64,000 nucleotides of DNA, from the NCBI GenBank assembly GCA_027021705.1, contig JALUTT010000048.1:1-64000 (forward strand). The letters run 5' to 3'. Under the pieces are notes generated by a model. That model did no database searches and was not told where the DNA came from. It saw only the letters and a list, made by a program, of their open reading frames with translations. Below are positions 38,983 to 47,448 of the stretch, one piece after another (position 1 is the stretch's first letter; each line of letters begins with the position of its first letter). This stretch comes from Anaerolineae bacterium. Its GTDB lineage: Bacteria; Chloroflexota; Anaerolineae; S140-20. The translations under genes and the position numbers were made by a program.

Positions 38983-39311
38983 TGACAGAGACCCTTACGT
39001 TGTTGGATGAAATGGACATCCTGGTGGAGGAGGGCATCTACAGGGATCGGGAATCCCTGGTTCGCGATGCCTTCAGGGCGCTTCTGAGAACCAAACCGGA
39101 GTTGCGGGGGCGACTTGCGCTGAGCCTCTACAGGCGAGGACAGGTCTCCCTCGCCCGTGCAGCCGAGATCAGCGGGATGGACAGGGAGAGCTTTAAGGAG
39201 TTGCTGTGGGAAGCGGGTGTGTCCCGTTCCATCGCTCCGGTGGGCGAGGAAGCGGTCCGGAGGGAAGTTGAAAGGCTCATCCATCTGCGTGAAGATCAGG
39301 ATCGGCAATGA
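38979..39311 (+). CDS. UPF0175 family protein, putative antitoxin
   Basis: ALSLYRRGQVSLARAAEISGMDRESFKELL; coupled to a PIN gene. Confidence 0.85.
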   Translation: MMTETLTLLDEMDILVEEGIYRDRESLVRDAFRALLRTKPELRGRLALSLYRRGQVSLARAAEISGMDRESFKELLWEAGVSRSIAPVGEEAVRREVERLIHLREDQDRQ

Positions 39312-39808
39312 AGTTCGTGCTCGATACCGACATCCTGAGCATGTTTGCTAAAGCAGAGGCTTTGGGTTGGCTTGGCGAGCTCTTGGGGTGGGAGAACCTT
39401 GTGATGACGCCAGCTATCCGCGATGAGATAGCTGTGCCGTTGCGGTATGGTTATGTCTTTCCTAAAGAAGTGCTCTCTCAGATCGTCGTTATCCCCTTGA
39501 CAGAACGGGCTTTACGCGAGTATGAGCGGTTATGGATGAGCTACCCTTCACTGGGAAGAGGTGAGTTGGAGGCAATAGCACTGTGCAAGACAACCGAGGC
39601 TATCTTCGTCACAAACGACAGGGTTGCGCGGAAAATTGCCCAAAACCAGGGGGTGGAGACCATCTCTTTGCAGACCGTATTGCGGGCATTGTGGGTGAGT
39701 AAAATAGCCAGCAAGGCAGAAGTGCGGGCTTTGTTGGAGCGGCTGAAGATTGTGGATCACCTGGATGTACCGTCGGAGGTGGAAAGGGAGATCTTCTCCG
39801 AGGGCTGA
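39308..39808 (+). CDS. PIN-domain (VapC/DUF3368-like) putative toxin
   Basis: VLDTDIL, LGRGELEAIAL, FVTND; ATGA overlap with the antitoxin. Confidence 0.85.
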   Translation: MKFVLDTDILSMFAKAEALGWLGELLGWENLVMTPAIRDEIAVPLRYGYVFPKEVLSQIVVIPLTERALREYERLWMSYPSLGRGELEAIALCKTTEAIFVTNDRVARKIAQNQGVETISLQTVLRALWVSKIASKAEVRALLERLKIVDHLDVPSEVEREIFSEG

Positions 39809-39819
39809 AGCTCTGCTCT

Positions 39820-40614
39820 TTACTCGGCGGATTGATGAGCCTTCAACCAATGGAGCTCTTCCTCCGACAGAGGGGGCGGTGGGGGTGGCTGGGTATAGTC
39901 AATGGAAAGCTCATACGCAGCCTCGTCGTAGACGGCGTCCAGGGCCTGGCCCAGCTCCAGGGGAACGTCGGGGTCGGGGGAACGGAGAGGAACCGGGAGG
40001 ACGGGCAGCGGGTCCCGCAGGGAGATCGGCCACACTTCCATCGTGCCGGCACCGGCGCGGATGAGCGTGATCCGGTAGGCCGTGTCGGGGATGCGCGGAT
40101 GGGGGAAGGGGCGCTGCCCCCGGCGTATCAGGTCAATTTCCAGGATGTGGACGCCGGCCCGCTGCAACCGTTCGGCCTTCTTGCGGTAGGCGCTCAGACC
40201 GGGTTCGCGCTTGTTGACGGGGGAGAGGATTTCGATGGAAGTCACCAGCTCGTTGTGGGCCACGTCGCGGACTTCCACGGTGACCAGCCGCACCTTCACC
40301 GGTCGTATCACCGGAACAGCGATGGGGGCCGGGGTGATGGCGATGGCCTCTCCCGCCCCCACTCCGGGAGGCTCCGGCATCGCGTCTCGTTCGCCCGGTC
40401 GGCGCGTCGTCACCACCTCGACGTCGGGGTAGAGGATGCCGATCTCCAGCTCCGGCGTCGGGTCCTCCACCAGGTAGATGTCAAGCCGGGCCACGTAGCG
40501 CGGGCGAAGCCGGGGTGTCAGTTGGCGGCTGATCTCGGTGGCGAGGCGGTGGTGGAAATCGGGCCACAGGTAGCCCTCCAGGTAGGGATCCATGCCCGGA
40601 AAGGGTGAGGGCAT
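39820..40614 (-). CDS. DUF4058 family protein
   Basis: MPSPFPGMDPYLE.. WPDFH, IEILSPVNK, EIDLIRRG, IDY...PPPPL. Confidence 0.9.
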   Translation of the reverse strand: MPSPFPGMDPYLEGYLWPDFHHRLATEISRQLTPRLRPRYVARLDIYLVEDPTPELEIGILYPDVEVVTTRRPGERDAMPEPPGVGAGEAIAITPAPIAVPVIRPVKVRLVTVEVRDVAHNELVTSIEILSPVNKREPGLSAYRKKAERLQRAGVHILEIDLIRRGQRPFPHPRIPDTAYRITLIRAGAGTMEVWPISLRDPLPVLPVPLRSPDPDVPLELGQALDAVYDEAAYELSIDYTQPPPPPPLSEEELHWLKAHQSAE

Positions 40615-40685
40615 CGTCGCCTCCTCACGCCGGAAAGTAAGGGCGGCACTGGTGGTCGCCCCCTACTGTGCGATTCGGCCCCTCC

Positions 40686-40714
40686 AGTATACCACGGAAC
40701 GGGGGGCCTTGCAA
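40686..40714 (-). promoter_or_regulatory. sigma70-type promoter of the DUF4058 gene
   Basis: Minus strand TTGCAA-17 bp-TATACT. Confidence 0.65.
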
Positions 40715-40727
40715 CGATGGGAGGGAG

Positions 40728-41930
40728 ATGGACGCGCAGGCTGTTCCACCTCAACTGATCCTGATCCACTACGCCGAGATCGGGCTGAAGGGGGAGAACC
40801 GGCGCTTCTTCGAGCGTCAACTGATGCGCAACATCGAGGCCCAACTGGACGGCCTGGACGTGGCCGGCCTGAAGCGGATGTCGGGCCGGCTCCTGCTCCG
40901 CTTGGGTGAGTCCCGTCCGGTGGAGGCGGTCACCCGGCGGCTGGCCCAGACCTTCGGCATCGCCTACGTGGCCCCCGCCTACGGCCTCCCCCGGGACGTA
41001 GAGGCGATGAAGGAGGTCATCGGCCGGCGGGTACGCCAGCGGGCCTTCGCCTCCTTCAAGGTTGCGACCCGGCGCACCGACAAGCGCTTTCCCCTCACCT
41101 CCGTCGAGCTGAACCGGGAGATCGGCGCCCACGTCCAGCACCTGACGGGGGCGGCGGTGAACCTGCGCCGGCCCGAGCTCACCATCCACATCGAGATCCT
41201 CTACGACAGCGCCTTCTTCTACTTCGAGCGGATTCCGGGGCCGGGCGGGCTGCCGGTGGGGGTGAGCGGGCTGGTGGGGGTCATGCTCTCGGGGGGGATT
41301 GACTCGCCGGTGGCGGCCTGGTACGCCCTCAAGCGGGGTTGCCGGGTGCTCCCCATCCACTTCCACAGCGGCCCCTTCGGGAACTGGATGGCGGCCGCCG
41401 ACAAGGCCCGGGCCCTGGTCGTCCGGCTGGCCCCCTGGGGGGCGGAACCCCACCTCTACGTCGTCCCCATCGGGGAGATCCAGCGGCGGATCACCCTGCT
41501 GGCGCCGGCCGAGTACCGGGTGCTCCTCTACCGACGGCTCATGGTCCGGGTGGCCGGGGAGCTGACCCGTCGCCACGGCGGCAAGGCCCTGGTCACCGGC
41601 GACAACCTGGGCCAGGTCGCCTCCCAGACGCTGGAGAGTCTGACGGTGGTCAACGCGGCGGCCGGCACGATGCCCATCCTGCGCCCCCTCATCGGCCTGG
41701 ACAAGCAGGAGATCATCGAGCGGGCCAGGGCCATCGGCACCTACGAGACCTCGATCCTGCCCGGTGAGGACTGCTGTTCCTTCCTGATGCCCCGCCGGGT
41801 CGCCACCCGCCCCACGTTGGAGGCGATCGAGGAGGCCGAGAGCCGGTTGGACGTGGCGGCGATGGTCAGCGAAGCCCTGGACCGGGCGGTTCTGGAGCCG
41901 ACGCCCCGGCCCCATCCAGCACCCGGCTGA
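40728..41930 (+). CDS. thiI: tRNA 4-thiouridine synthase (short form, no rhodanese domain)
   Basis: HYAEIGLKGENR, THUMP domain, GPGGLPVG, LSGGIDSPVA, TGDNLGQVASQT, DCC. Confidence 0.95.
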   Translation: MDAQAVPPQLILIHYAEIGLKGENRRFFERQLMRNIEAQLDGLDVAGLKRMSGRLLLRLGESRPVEAVTRRLAQTFGIAYVAPAYGLPRDVEAMKEVIGRRVRQRAFASFKVATRRTDKRFPLTSVELNREIGAHVQHLTGAAVNLRRPELTIHIEILYDSAFFYFERIPGPGGLPVGVSGLVGVMLSGGIDSPVAAWYALKRGCRVLPIHFHSGPFGNWMAAADKARALVVRLAPWGAEPHLYVVPIGEIQRRITLLAPAEYRVLLYRRLMVRVAGELTRRHGGKALVTGDNLGQVASQTLESLTVVNAAAGTMPILRPLIGLDKQEIIERARAIGTYETSILPGEDCCSFLMPRRVATRPTLEAIEEAESRLDVAAMVSEALDRAVLEPTPRPHPAPG

Positions 41931-42534
41931 CCCGCCAGACGTGGGCCATCCGCTGCAGCGCGGTGAAGTTGGCCAGCACTGCCACCACCCAGAGGGCCAG
42001 CCGGGGGTAGCCCAGGAGCAGCCCCACCCCCATCACGAAGACCCGCTCAATCCGGGTGAGCAGGCCCACTTTGCAGGGGAGCCCTAGCCCCTCGGCCCGG
42101 GCACGGGCGTAGCTCACCATCAGGGAGCCCACGATGGCCGCGTAGATCAGCAGCACCTCCCCCCTGGCCCCCTGCCCGATGTAGTGGACCAGGAGGCCGA
42201 AGAAGACCACCGCCTCGCTGAAGCGGTCCACCGTCGAGTCCAGGAAGGCCCCGAAGCGGCTCTGCCGGCCCGTCAGGCGGGCCAGCGCTCCATCCAGCGC
42301 GTCGAAGGGGGCCACCAGCAGGAGCAGCAGCCCGCCCAATTGGAGCATCCCCCGGGCCAGCGTCCAGGCCACCACCCCCGTCAGCAGGAACCCCAGCGCC
42401 GTGAGCAGGTTGGGGGAGGCCCCCAGCCGGTCCAGCACGGCGGCGATGGGGACCAGGACGATCTGGGCCTGTCGCCGTAACCAGGCTTCCACCGGTCGTT
42501 CCCGACCCTTCTCACCTTGCCTCTCCCTGTCCAT
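41866..42534 (-). CDS. CDP-alcohol phosphatidyltransferase, phosphatidylinositol(-phosphate) synthase-like
   Basis: SPNLLT, DALDGALAR...S.FGAFLDSTVDR, VSYARARAEGLG; operon with ino1. Confidence 0.88.
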   Translation of the reverse strand: MDRERQGEKGRERPVEAWLRRQAQIVLVPIAAVLDRLGASPNLLTALGFLLTGVVAWTLARGMLQLGGLLLLLVAPFDALDGALARLTGRQSRFGAFLDSTVDRFSEAVVFFGLLVHYIGQGARGEVLLIYAAIVGSLMVSYARARAEGLGLPCKVGLLTRIERVFVMGVGLLLGYPRLALWVVAVLANFTALQRMAHVWRVSRVLDGAGASAPEPPGPGLR

Positions 42535-42567
42535 CGTTCCCTCCGATAACGTGTGACGTGTTGCGCA

Positions 42568-43710
42568 TTACCGGTTGCGTTTGGCCATCGTCGCTTCGTA
42601 GAAGGCCAGTACCCGTCGGGCGATCTCGTCCCAACTGTAGGCGGCCGCCTTGATCTGCCCTTGGCGCCCCATCTCCGCCCGCCGTCGTGGGTCCTGGAGC
42701 AGCCGCACGATCACCGTGGCCAGAGCCTCGGGGTCCTGGGGCGGCACCAGCAGCCCCTGGACGCCGTGGTCCAGCACCTCCCGGTAGCCCTCGATGTCCG
42801 AGGCGACGATGGGGAGGCCGGAGGCCATCGCCTCCAGGAGGACGATACCGAAGCTCTCGTAGCCCGTCGAAGGGGCGCAGAAGAGGTCGGCGGTGCGGTA
42901 GTAGCGGGGCAGCATCTCATCGGAGACAGGGCCGACAAAGCGGACGCCGTGGAGGCGACGTTTGCGGGCGTAGATCAGGAACGGGCGCTTCTGCTTTTTC
43001 GTATAGGCACCCACCACCAGGAGGCGGGCGTTGGGGATCGCCTCCCGCACGAAGCGGAAAGCCCGCAGGAGGTATTTGAACCCCTTCCGCTTCTCCAGCC
43101 GCCCCACGAAGAGGATGTTGGGCCGGCCATCCCGATAGCGGGCGATGGGCCGGATGGTCGGGTCGCCGAAGGCGGCCACGTCAATGCCGTTGGGGATGAT
43201 GACGTATTCGCCGGGGAAGTAGCGGAGGTTGAAGCGCAGGGCGGCCCGCGAGACCGCGATCCGTCCGTCCAGCCGGTCCACCAGGTGGCGAAGCATCGGG
43301 CGCACGTACTCGAGGGCCAGGTTATCGTCGGCCCGGTACTCATGGAAGGTGGCGACCATTGTGGTCCGGGGGGCTACATCGCGCAGGTAGAGAAAGTTTA
43401 TGGAGATGAGGGGGGAGAGGGGGTTGTGCAGGTGGACGATGTCGAAGTTCCCCTCCTCCAGCAACCGGCGCACCCGGGGCAGGCTGCGGGGCGAGAGGCT
43501 GATGCGCGAGCGGGAACCGCCCGAGGGCACGCCGATGATGTGGCCGGAGGGGCTGTAGACCCCCTCGGGGACAGGCGCGTCGGCCGGCACCGGCGCGACG
43601 ACCCGGACCTCGTGCCCCCAGCGGCGGAAGCGCTCGGCCAAGTGGGCCACGTGGTTGTTCACCCCACCGGGGTGCAGGTAGTCGTAGGGGGAGACCAGCG
43701 CGATCTTCAT
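42568..43710 (-). CDS. GT4 glycosyltransferase, PimA-like
   Basis: MKIALVSPYD...PGGV..HV, FVGRLEKRKG, CAPSTGYESFGIVLLEAMA, ASDI. Confidence 0.88.
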   Translation of the reverse strand: MKIALVSPYDYLHPGGVNNHVAHLAERFRRWGHEVRVVAPVPADAPVPEGVYSPSGHIIGVPSGGSRSRISLSPRSLPRVRRLLEEGNFDIVHLHNPLSPLISINFLYLRDVAPRTTMVATFHEYRADDNLALEYVRPMLRHLVDRLDGRIAVSRAALRFNLRYFPGEYVIIPNGIDVAAFGDPTIRPIARYRDGRPNILFVGRLEKRKGFKYLLRAFRFVREAIPNARLLVVGAYTKKQKRPFLIYARKRRLHGVRFVGPVSDEMLPRYYRTADLFCAPSTGYESFGIVLLEAMASGLPIVASDIEGYREVLDHGVQGLLVPPQDPEALATVIVRLLQDPRRRAEMGRQGQIKAAAYSWDEIARRVLAFYEATMAKRNR

Positions 43711-43773
43711 CGGTCGGCCCCGGACGTAAGGCGGTGAGACGCAGACGGTAGATGAGAGACCATAGCGACCTCG

Positions 43774-44652
43774 CTATCGGCTGAGACGCTGGCGGGCGAT
43801 CTGCCAGATGGGGGTGGTCAGCCACCACTGACCCGGCTCCTGAGCGATCGCCTTTTCCATGCGAGTAAGCACCTGCTGGAGGAACCAAGCCGTCCGCTCC
43901 TCCCGGCTGAGCCCCGTCGGCGGGAAGAGGGGGGGGTAGAGGTGGGCCACGGCCCGGCCGGCCGGCAGCCGGTGGGAGACGGCCAGCAGGATCGGCGCTT
44001 GGGCCTGGGCGGCCAGCCGGGCGTAGCCGGTGGGGAGCCAGGCCGGTTCGCCGAAGAACTCCAGCACCTCTCCGCTGTCGGTCGTGTCCCGGTCCATCAC
44101 CAGCCCCACCATCTCCCCCCGGCGCAGCGTGCGGAAGACCTCCAGCACCGGGCCGCCGACGGGGATCAGGCGCAACCCGTGGGCCGTGCGCAGCCGGTAG
44201 ACGTACCGGTAGAGCACCTCCGGCTTCAGGCGCTCGAAGAAGCCGGTGAGCGGCACGCCCAGGGAAGCGACCACGTGGGCGAAGACCTCCGGGTTCCCGC
44301 AGTGGGCGGTCACCAGGACCACCCCGCGACCGGGAGCCATCGCGGCCTCCAGGTGCTCCCACCCCTCTATCTCGATCAACGCCCGGATGGCGGCGACGGG
44401 CAGGGCCGGCAGGCGGAAGAGGTCGTAGTGATTCAGCACCAGGGTGCGGAAGACCTGACGGGCTGCCGCTTCCACCACCTCGGAGCCGGCCCCGGGCCCC
44501 AGGACGTGGCGCATATTGTCCCGCACCGCCTCGGCCCGGGGCGAGATGCGGTAGACCAGGCCGGAGAGCCGCTCGCCCAACCGGTAGCCCCAGTCGAAGG
44601 GAACCCGGGGGGCCAGGAAGCCCATCAGCCGAAACAGGACGTAGGTCAGCAT
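43774..44652 (-). CDS. LpxL/PatA-family lipid acyltransferase
   Basis: GWEHLEAA, VLVTAHCGNPE (HxxxxE), MDRD, FFGEPA..PTG.ARLA, PGQW. Confidence 0.87.
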   Translation of the reverse strand: MLTYVLFRLMGFLAPRVPFDWGYRLGERLSGLVYRISPRAEAVRDNMRHVLGPGAGSEVVEAAARQVFRTLVLNHYDLFRLPALPVAAIRALIEIEGWEHLEAAMAPGRGVVLVTAHCGNPEVFAHVVASLGVPLTGFFERLKPEVLYRYVYRLRTAHGLRLIPVGGPVLEVFRTLRRGEMVGLVMDRDTTDSGEVLEFFGEPAWLPTGYARLAAQAQAPILLAVSHRLPAGRAVAHLYPPLFPPTGLSREERTAWFLQQVLTRMEKAIAQEPGQWWLTTPIWQIARQRLSR

Positions 44653-44760
44653 AGGCTACTCAGGGCTCGAAGGGGGGAAACCACGGATGCTGCGGACGGG
44701 CTATCCCCCGCCAACCCGTTTTCCACGCTCCTGACGAATCTGCGATCCGGTGGGGCGGGG

Positions 44761-45894
44761 CTAGGAAGATGGCTGCTCCAGCGGGAGGGTGATCTCTTCG
44801 TCCACCTGACCGGCGATGAAGGCCTCTAGACGCCGATGGGCCTCCTCGTCGGTGTATTGGACCGGCGGCGACTTCATAAAGCAGGCCGAAGGGGCCAAGA
44901 TCGCCCCGCTCATCCCCCGATCCAGAGCCAGCTTGCAGCATCGGATGGCGTCAATCATCACACCAGCCGAGTTAGGCGAGTCCCACACCTCCAATTTCAC
45001 CTCCATGCTCAGGGGGAGGTCGCCGAAGGTCCGCCCCTCCAGCCGGATATAGGCCCACTTGCGGTCGGTCAGCCAGGGGACGTAATCACTGGGGCCGACG
45101 TGGATGTTCTCCTCGCCGATCTCGTACTCGATCTGGCTGGTGACCGCCTGGGTCTTGGAGACCTTCTTGGACTCCAGCCGGTCCCGCTCCAGCATGTTGT
45201 AGAAGTCCATATTGCCCCCGAAGTTGAGCTGGTAGGTGCGTTCGATGCGCACCCCCCGCTCCTGGAAGAGACGGGCCAGCACCCGGTGGACGATGGTCGC
45301 GCCCACCTGGGACTTGACATCGTCGCCGATGACGGGCAGCCCCCGTTCTCGGAAGCGGCGTTGCCAGTAGGCCTCGCGGGCAATGAAGACGGGGATGCCG
45401 TTGACGAAGCCGCAACCGGCATCCAGCACCTGCTCCACGTACCACTTGGTCGCCATCTCGCTCCCCACGGGCAGGAAGTTGACCACCACGTCGGTCTGCG
45501 TCTCTCGGAGGATCCCCACAATGTCATCGGTCGCTCCAGGGGCTTTGGCGATGGTCTGGGAGAGGTAGCGGCCCAGCCCGTCGTGGGTCATCCCCCGGTA
45601 GACGGGAACGTTCAGGTGGGGGACCTCGGCAAAGCGCACGGTGTTGTTGGGTGGCACGAAGATGGCCTCCGAGAGGTCCTTCCCCACCTTGTTCACGTCA
45701 ATGTCGAAGGCCGCCGTGAACTCGATGTCCCGGATGTGGTAGCCGCCGAGGCGGGGGTGCATCAGCCCGGGAACGAAGGCGTCATCGGGGGCATCTTGGT
45801 AGAAGAAGACGCCCTGGACCAGGGCCGAGGCGCAGTTGCCAATGCCGATGATCGCAACGCGGACCTTTCCGTCGTTCTTGCCCATAGGCTTCAC
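44761..45894 (-). CDS. ino1: myo-inositol-1-phosphate synthase
   Basis: [57 protein letters not shown]. Confidence 0.96.
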   Translation of the reverse strand: MKPMGKNDGKVRVAIIGIGNCASALVQGVFFYQDAPDDAFVPGLMHPRLGGYHIRDIEFTAAFDIDVNKVGKDLSEAIFVPPNNTVRFAEVPHLNVPVYRGMTHDGLGRYLSQTIAKAPGATDDIVGILRETQTDVVVNFLPVGSEMATKWYVEQVLDAGCGFVNGIPVFIAREAYWQRRFRERGLPVIGDDVKSQVGATIVHRVLARLFQERGVRIERTYQLNFGGNMDFYNMLERDRLESKKVSKTQAVTSQIEYEIGEENIHVGPSDYVPWLTDRKWAYIRLEGRTFGDLPLSMEVKLEVWDSPNSAGVMIDAIRCCKLALDRGMSGAILAPSACFMKSPPVQYTDEEAHRRLEAFIAGQVDEEITLPLEQPSS

Positions 45895-46229
45895 GCTCCT
45901 TTCTGGTGGGATTGGGGGGGGTGCAGAAGGGACTCCAGGAGCTGCTGGTAGTGGGCGATCTGAGAGCGGTCGAGGGAGTAGTAGCTCTCCCGCCCCACTC
46001 GGCGCACCTGGACGATGCGGGCCTGCCGCAGCCGGCGCAGGTGCCAGGAGACGAGGGGCTGGCTGATGCGCAATCGGTCTGCCAGTTGGGAGACGGTCAA
46101 CTCCTCGGCTGCAGCCAGCGCCCGGATCATCCGCAGCCGCCAGATCTCCTTGAGGGCGTAGAAGTAGCGGGCCAGTTCCCGCAGCTCCGATTCTGTTCCT
46201 GTTCGTCGGACGGTCGAAGGTGGGGACAT
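45891..46229 (-). CDS. ArsR/SmtB family regulator
   Basis: [15 protein letters not shown]...[24 protein letters not shown]. Confidence 0.9.
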   Translation of the reverse strand: MSPPSTVRRTGTESELRELARYFYALKEIWRLRMIRALAAAEELTVSQLADRLRISQPLVSWHLRRLRQARIVQVRRVGRESYYSLDRSQIAHYQQLLESLLHPPQSHQKGA

Positions 46230-46247
46230 CTTTGCCTTGGGGGATCC

Positions 46248-46292
46248 ATAAACGCTTGTTTATATGTTACCCCAAAAAGGGAAGATCGTCAA
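46248..46292 (-). promoter_or_regulatory. promoter of the ArsR-ino1 operon with adjacent palindromic operator
   Basis: Minus strand TTGACG-17 bp-TAACAT (46292-46264); palindrome ATAAAC-gctt-GTTTAT at 46248-46263. Confidence 0.7.
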
Positions 46293-46317
46293 GGGCAGGG
46301 GTGGGTCGGTGGGGCTA

Positions 46318-46346
46318 TTGCTTTCCCGGCTGTGCTGAGGTATCAT
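46318..46346 (+). promoter_or_regulatory. sigma70-type promoter of the signalling cluster
   Basis: TTGCTT-17 bp-TATCAT. Confidence 0.6.
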
Positions 46347-46575
46347 AAAGGGGCTTGAGGATTCCCCTTGGGGAGGGCGTCGGATGGCGAAGGGGGCCGG
46401 GTTGGCGGGCACAACAAAGTGGTAATCAAATCGTAACCGAACTGTTACCCTGATGGACCGTCCCCATGTTACGATGAAGGCACCCTGTGGGTCCACCTCT
46501 CTGCTGTGGCGGTGGACTGGGGGGGCACCGAGGTTATCCCGATCGGCACCTATTTCAGGAGAGTGAGGCGGAGCC

Positions 46576-46959
46576 ATGACCGGCGCTACCATCTTGTATA
46601 TCGAAGACAACTTCGAGAACCGCGTTCTGGTCAGACGGGTTCTAGAGGCCTCGGGATACCAGGTCCTGGAGGCGGAGGACGGTCTGACCGGCATAGCCGT
46701 CGCGGAGGAACGCCGCCCGGATCTCATCCTGATGGACATCAACCTGCCCGAGGTAGATGGTTACGAAGTCACCACCCGTCTGAAACAGACGCCAGACCTT
46801 GCCCATATCCCGGTGATCGCGTTGACGGCCAACGTGATGCGAGGCGATCGGGAGAAGAGCCTGGCCGCCGGCTGCGACGGGTACATCCAGAAGCCCATAG
46901 ACGTAGATGCTCTCCCTGACCAAATTGCCGCTTTTCTGAAGCAAAGGAGCGAAGGATGA
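46576..46959 (+). CDS. single-domain response regulator, DivK-like
   Basis: ILYIEDN, LILMDINLP, IALTA, GCDGYIQKP. Confidence 0.93.
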   Translation: MTGATILYIEDNFENRVLVRRVLEASGYQVLEAEDGLTGIAVAEERRPDLILMDINLPEVDGYEVTTRLKQTPDLAHIPVIALTANVMRGDREKSLAAGCDGYIQKPIDVDALPDQIAAFLKQRSEG

Positions 46960-47429
46960 TGCCCCATCCGCAGACGCAGCCACCGTCTTCTTCAGCCTCA
47001 AACCGCCCTCGCCGACGGGTTGGGATTGCTCCCCAGGATGCCCACGTGTTGGTGGTTGAGGACAACCTGAACAACTTCCTGCTCATCACCCGTCTGCTGG
47101 CCTATCTGGGCGTCAAACAGTGTGAGTGGAAGGCTTCGGGGTGGCAGGTTCTCGAATTTGCCGATGCGATGCCTCAGGTGGACCTGATCCTGATGGACAT
47201 CCACATCCCCGATGAAGACGGCTATCAAGCCCTGGCCCGTCTGCGGGCTGAACCCCGTTTCCAGGACACCCTCATTGTGGCCGTCACTGCCGAGGCGACG
47301 GAGGACAACCTGCAGCGGGCCCGGCGGGCCGGCTTCGACGGCTTCATCGGCAAGCCCATTGATCCCGACCGCTTCCCCGATCAGATCCGACGCATCCTGC
47401 GTGGCGAAGAGATTTGGGAGTTGGGCTGA
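46956..47429 (+). CDS. single-domain response regulator
   Basis: VLVVEDN, LILMDIHIP, VAVTA, GFDGFIGKP. Confidence 0.92.
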   Translation: MMPHPQTQPPSSSASNRPRRRVGIAPQDAHVLVVEDNLNNFLLITRLLAYLGVKQCEWKASGWQVLEFADAMPQVDLILMDIHIPDEDGYQALARLRAEPRFQDTLIVAVTAEATEDNLQRARRAGFDGFIGKPIDPDRFPDQIRRILRGEEIWELG

Positions 47430-47448
47430 CCCCGCCGGGAGACAGGGC

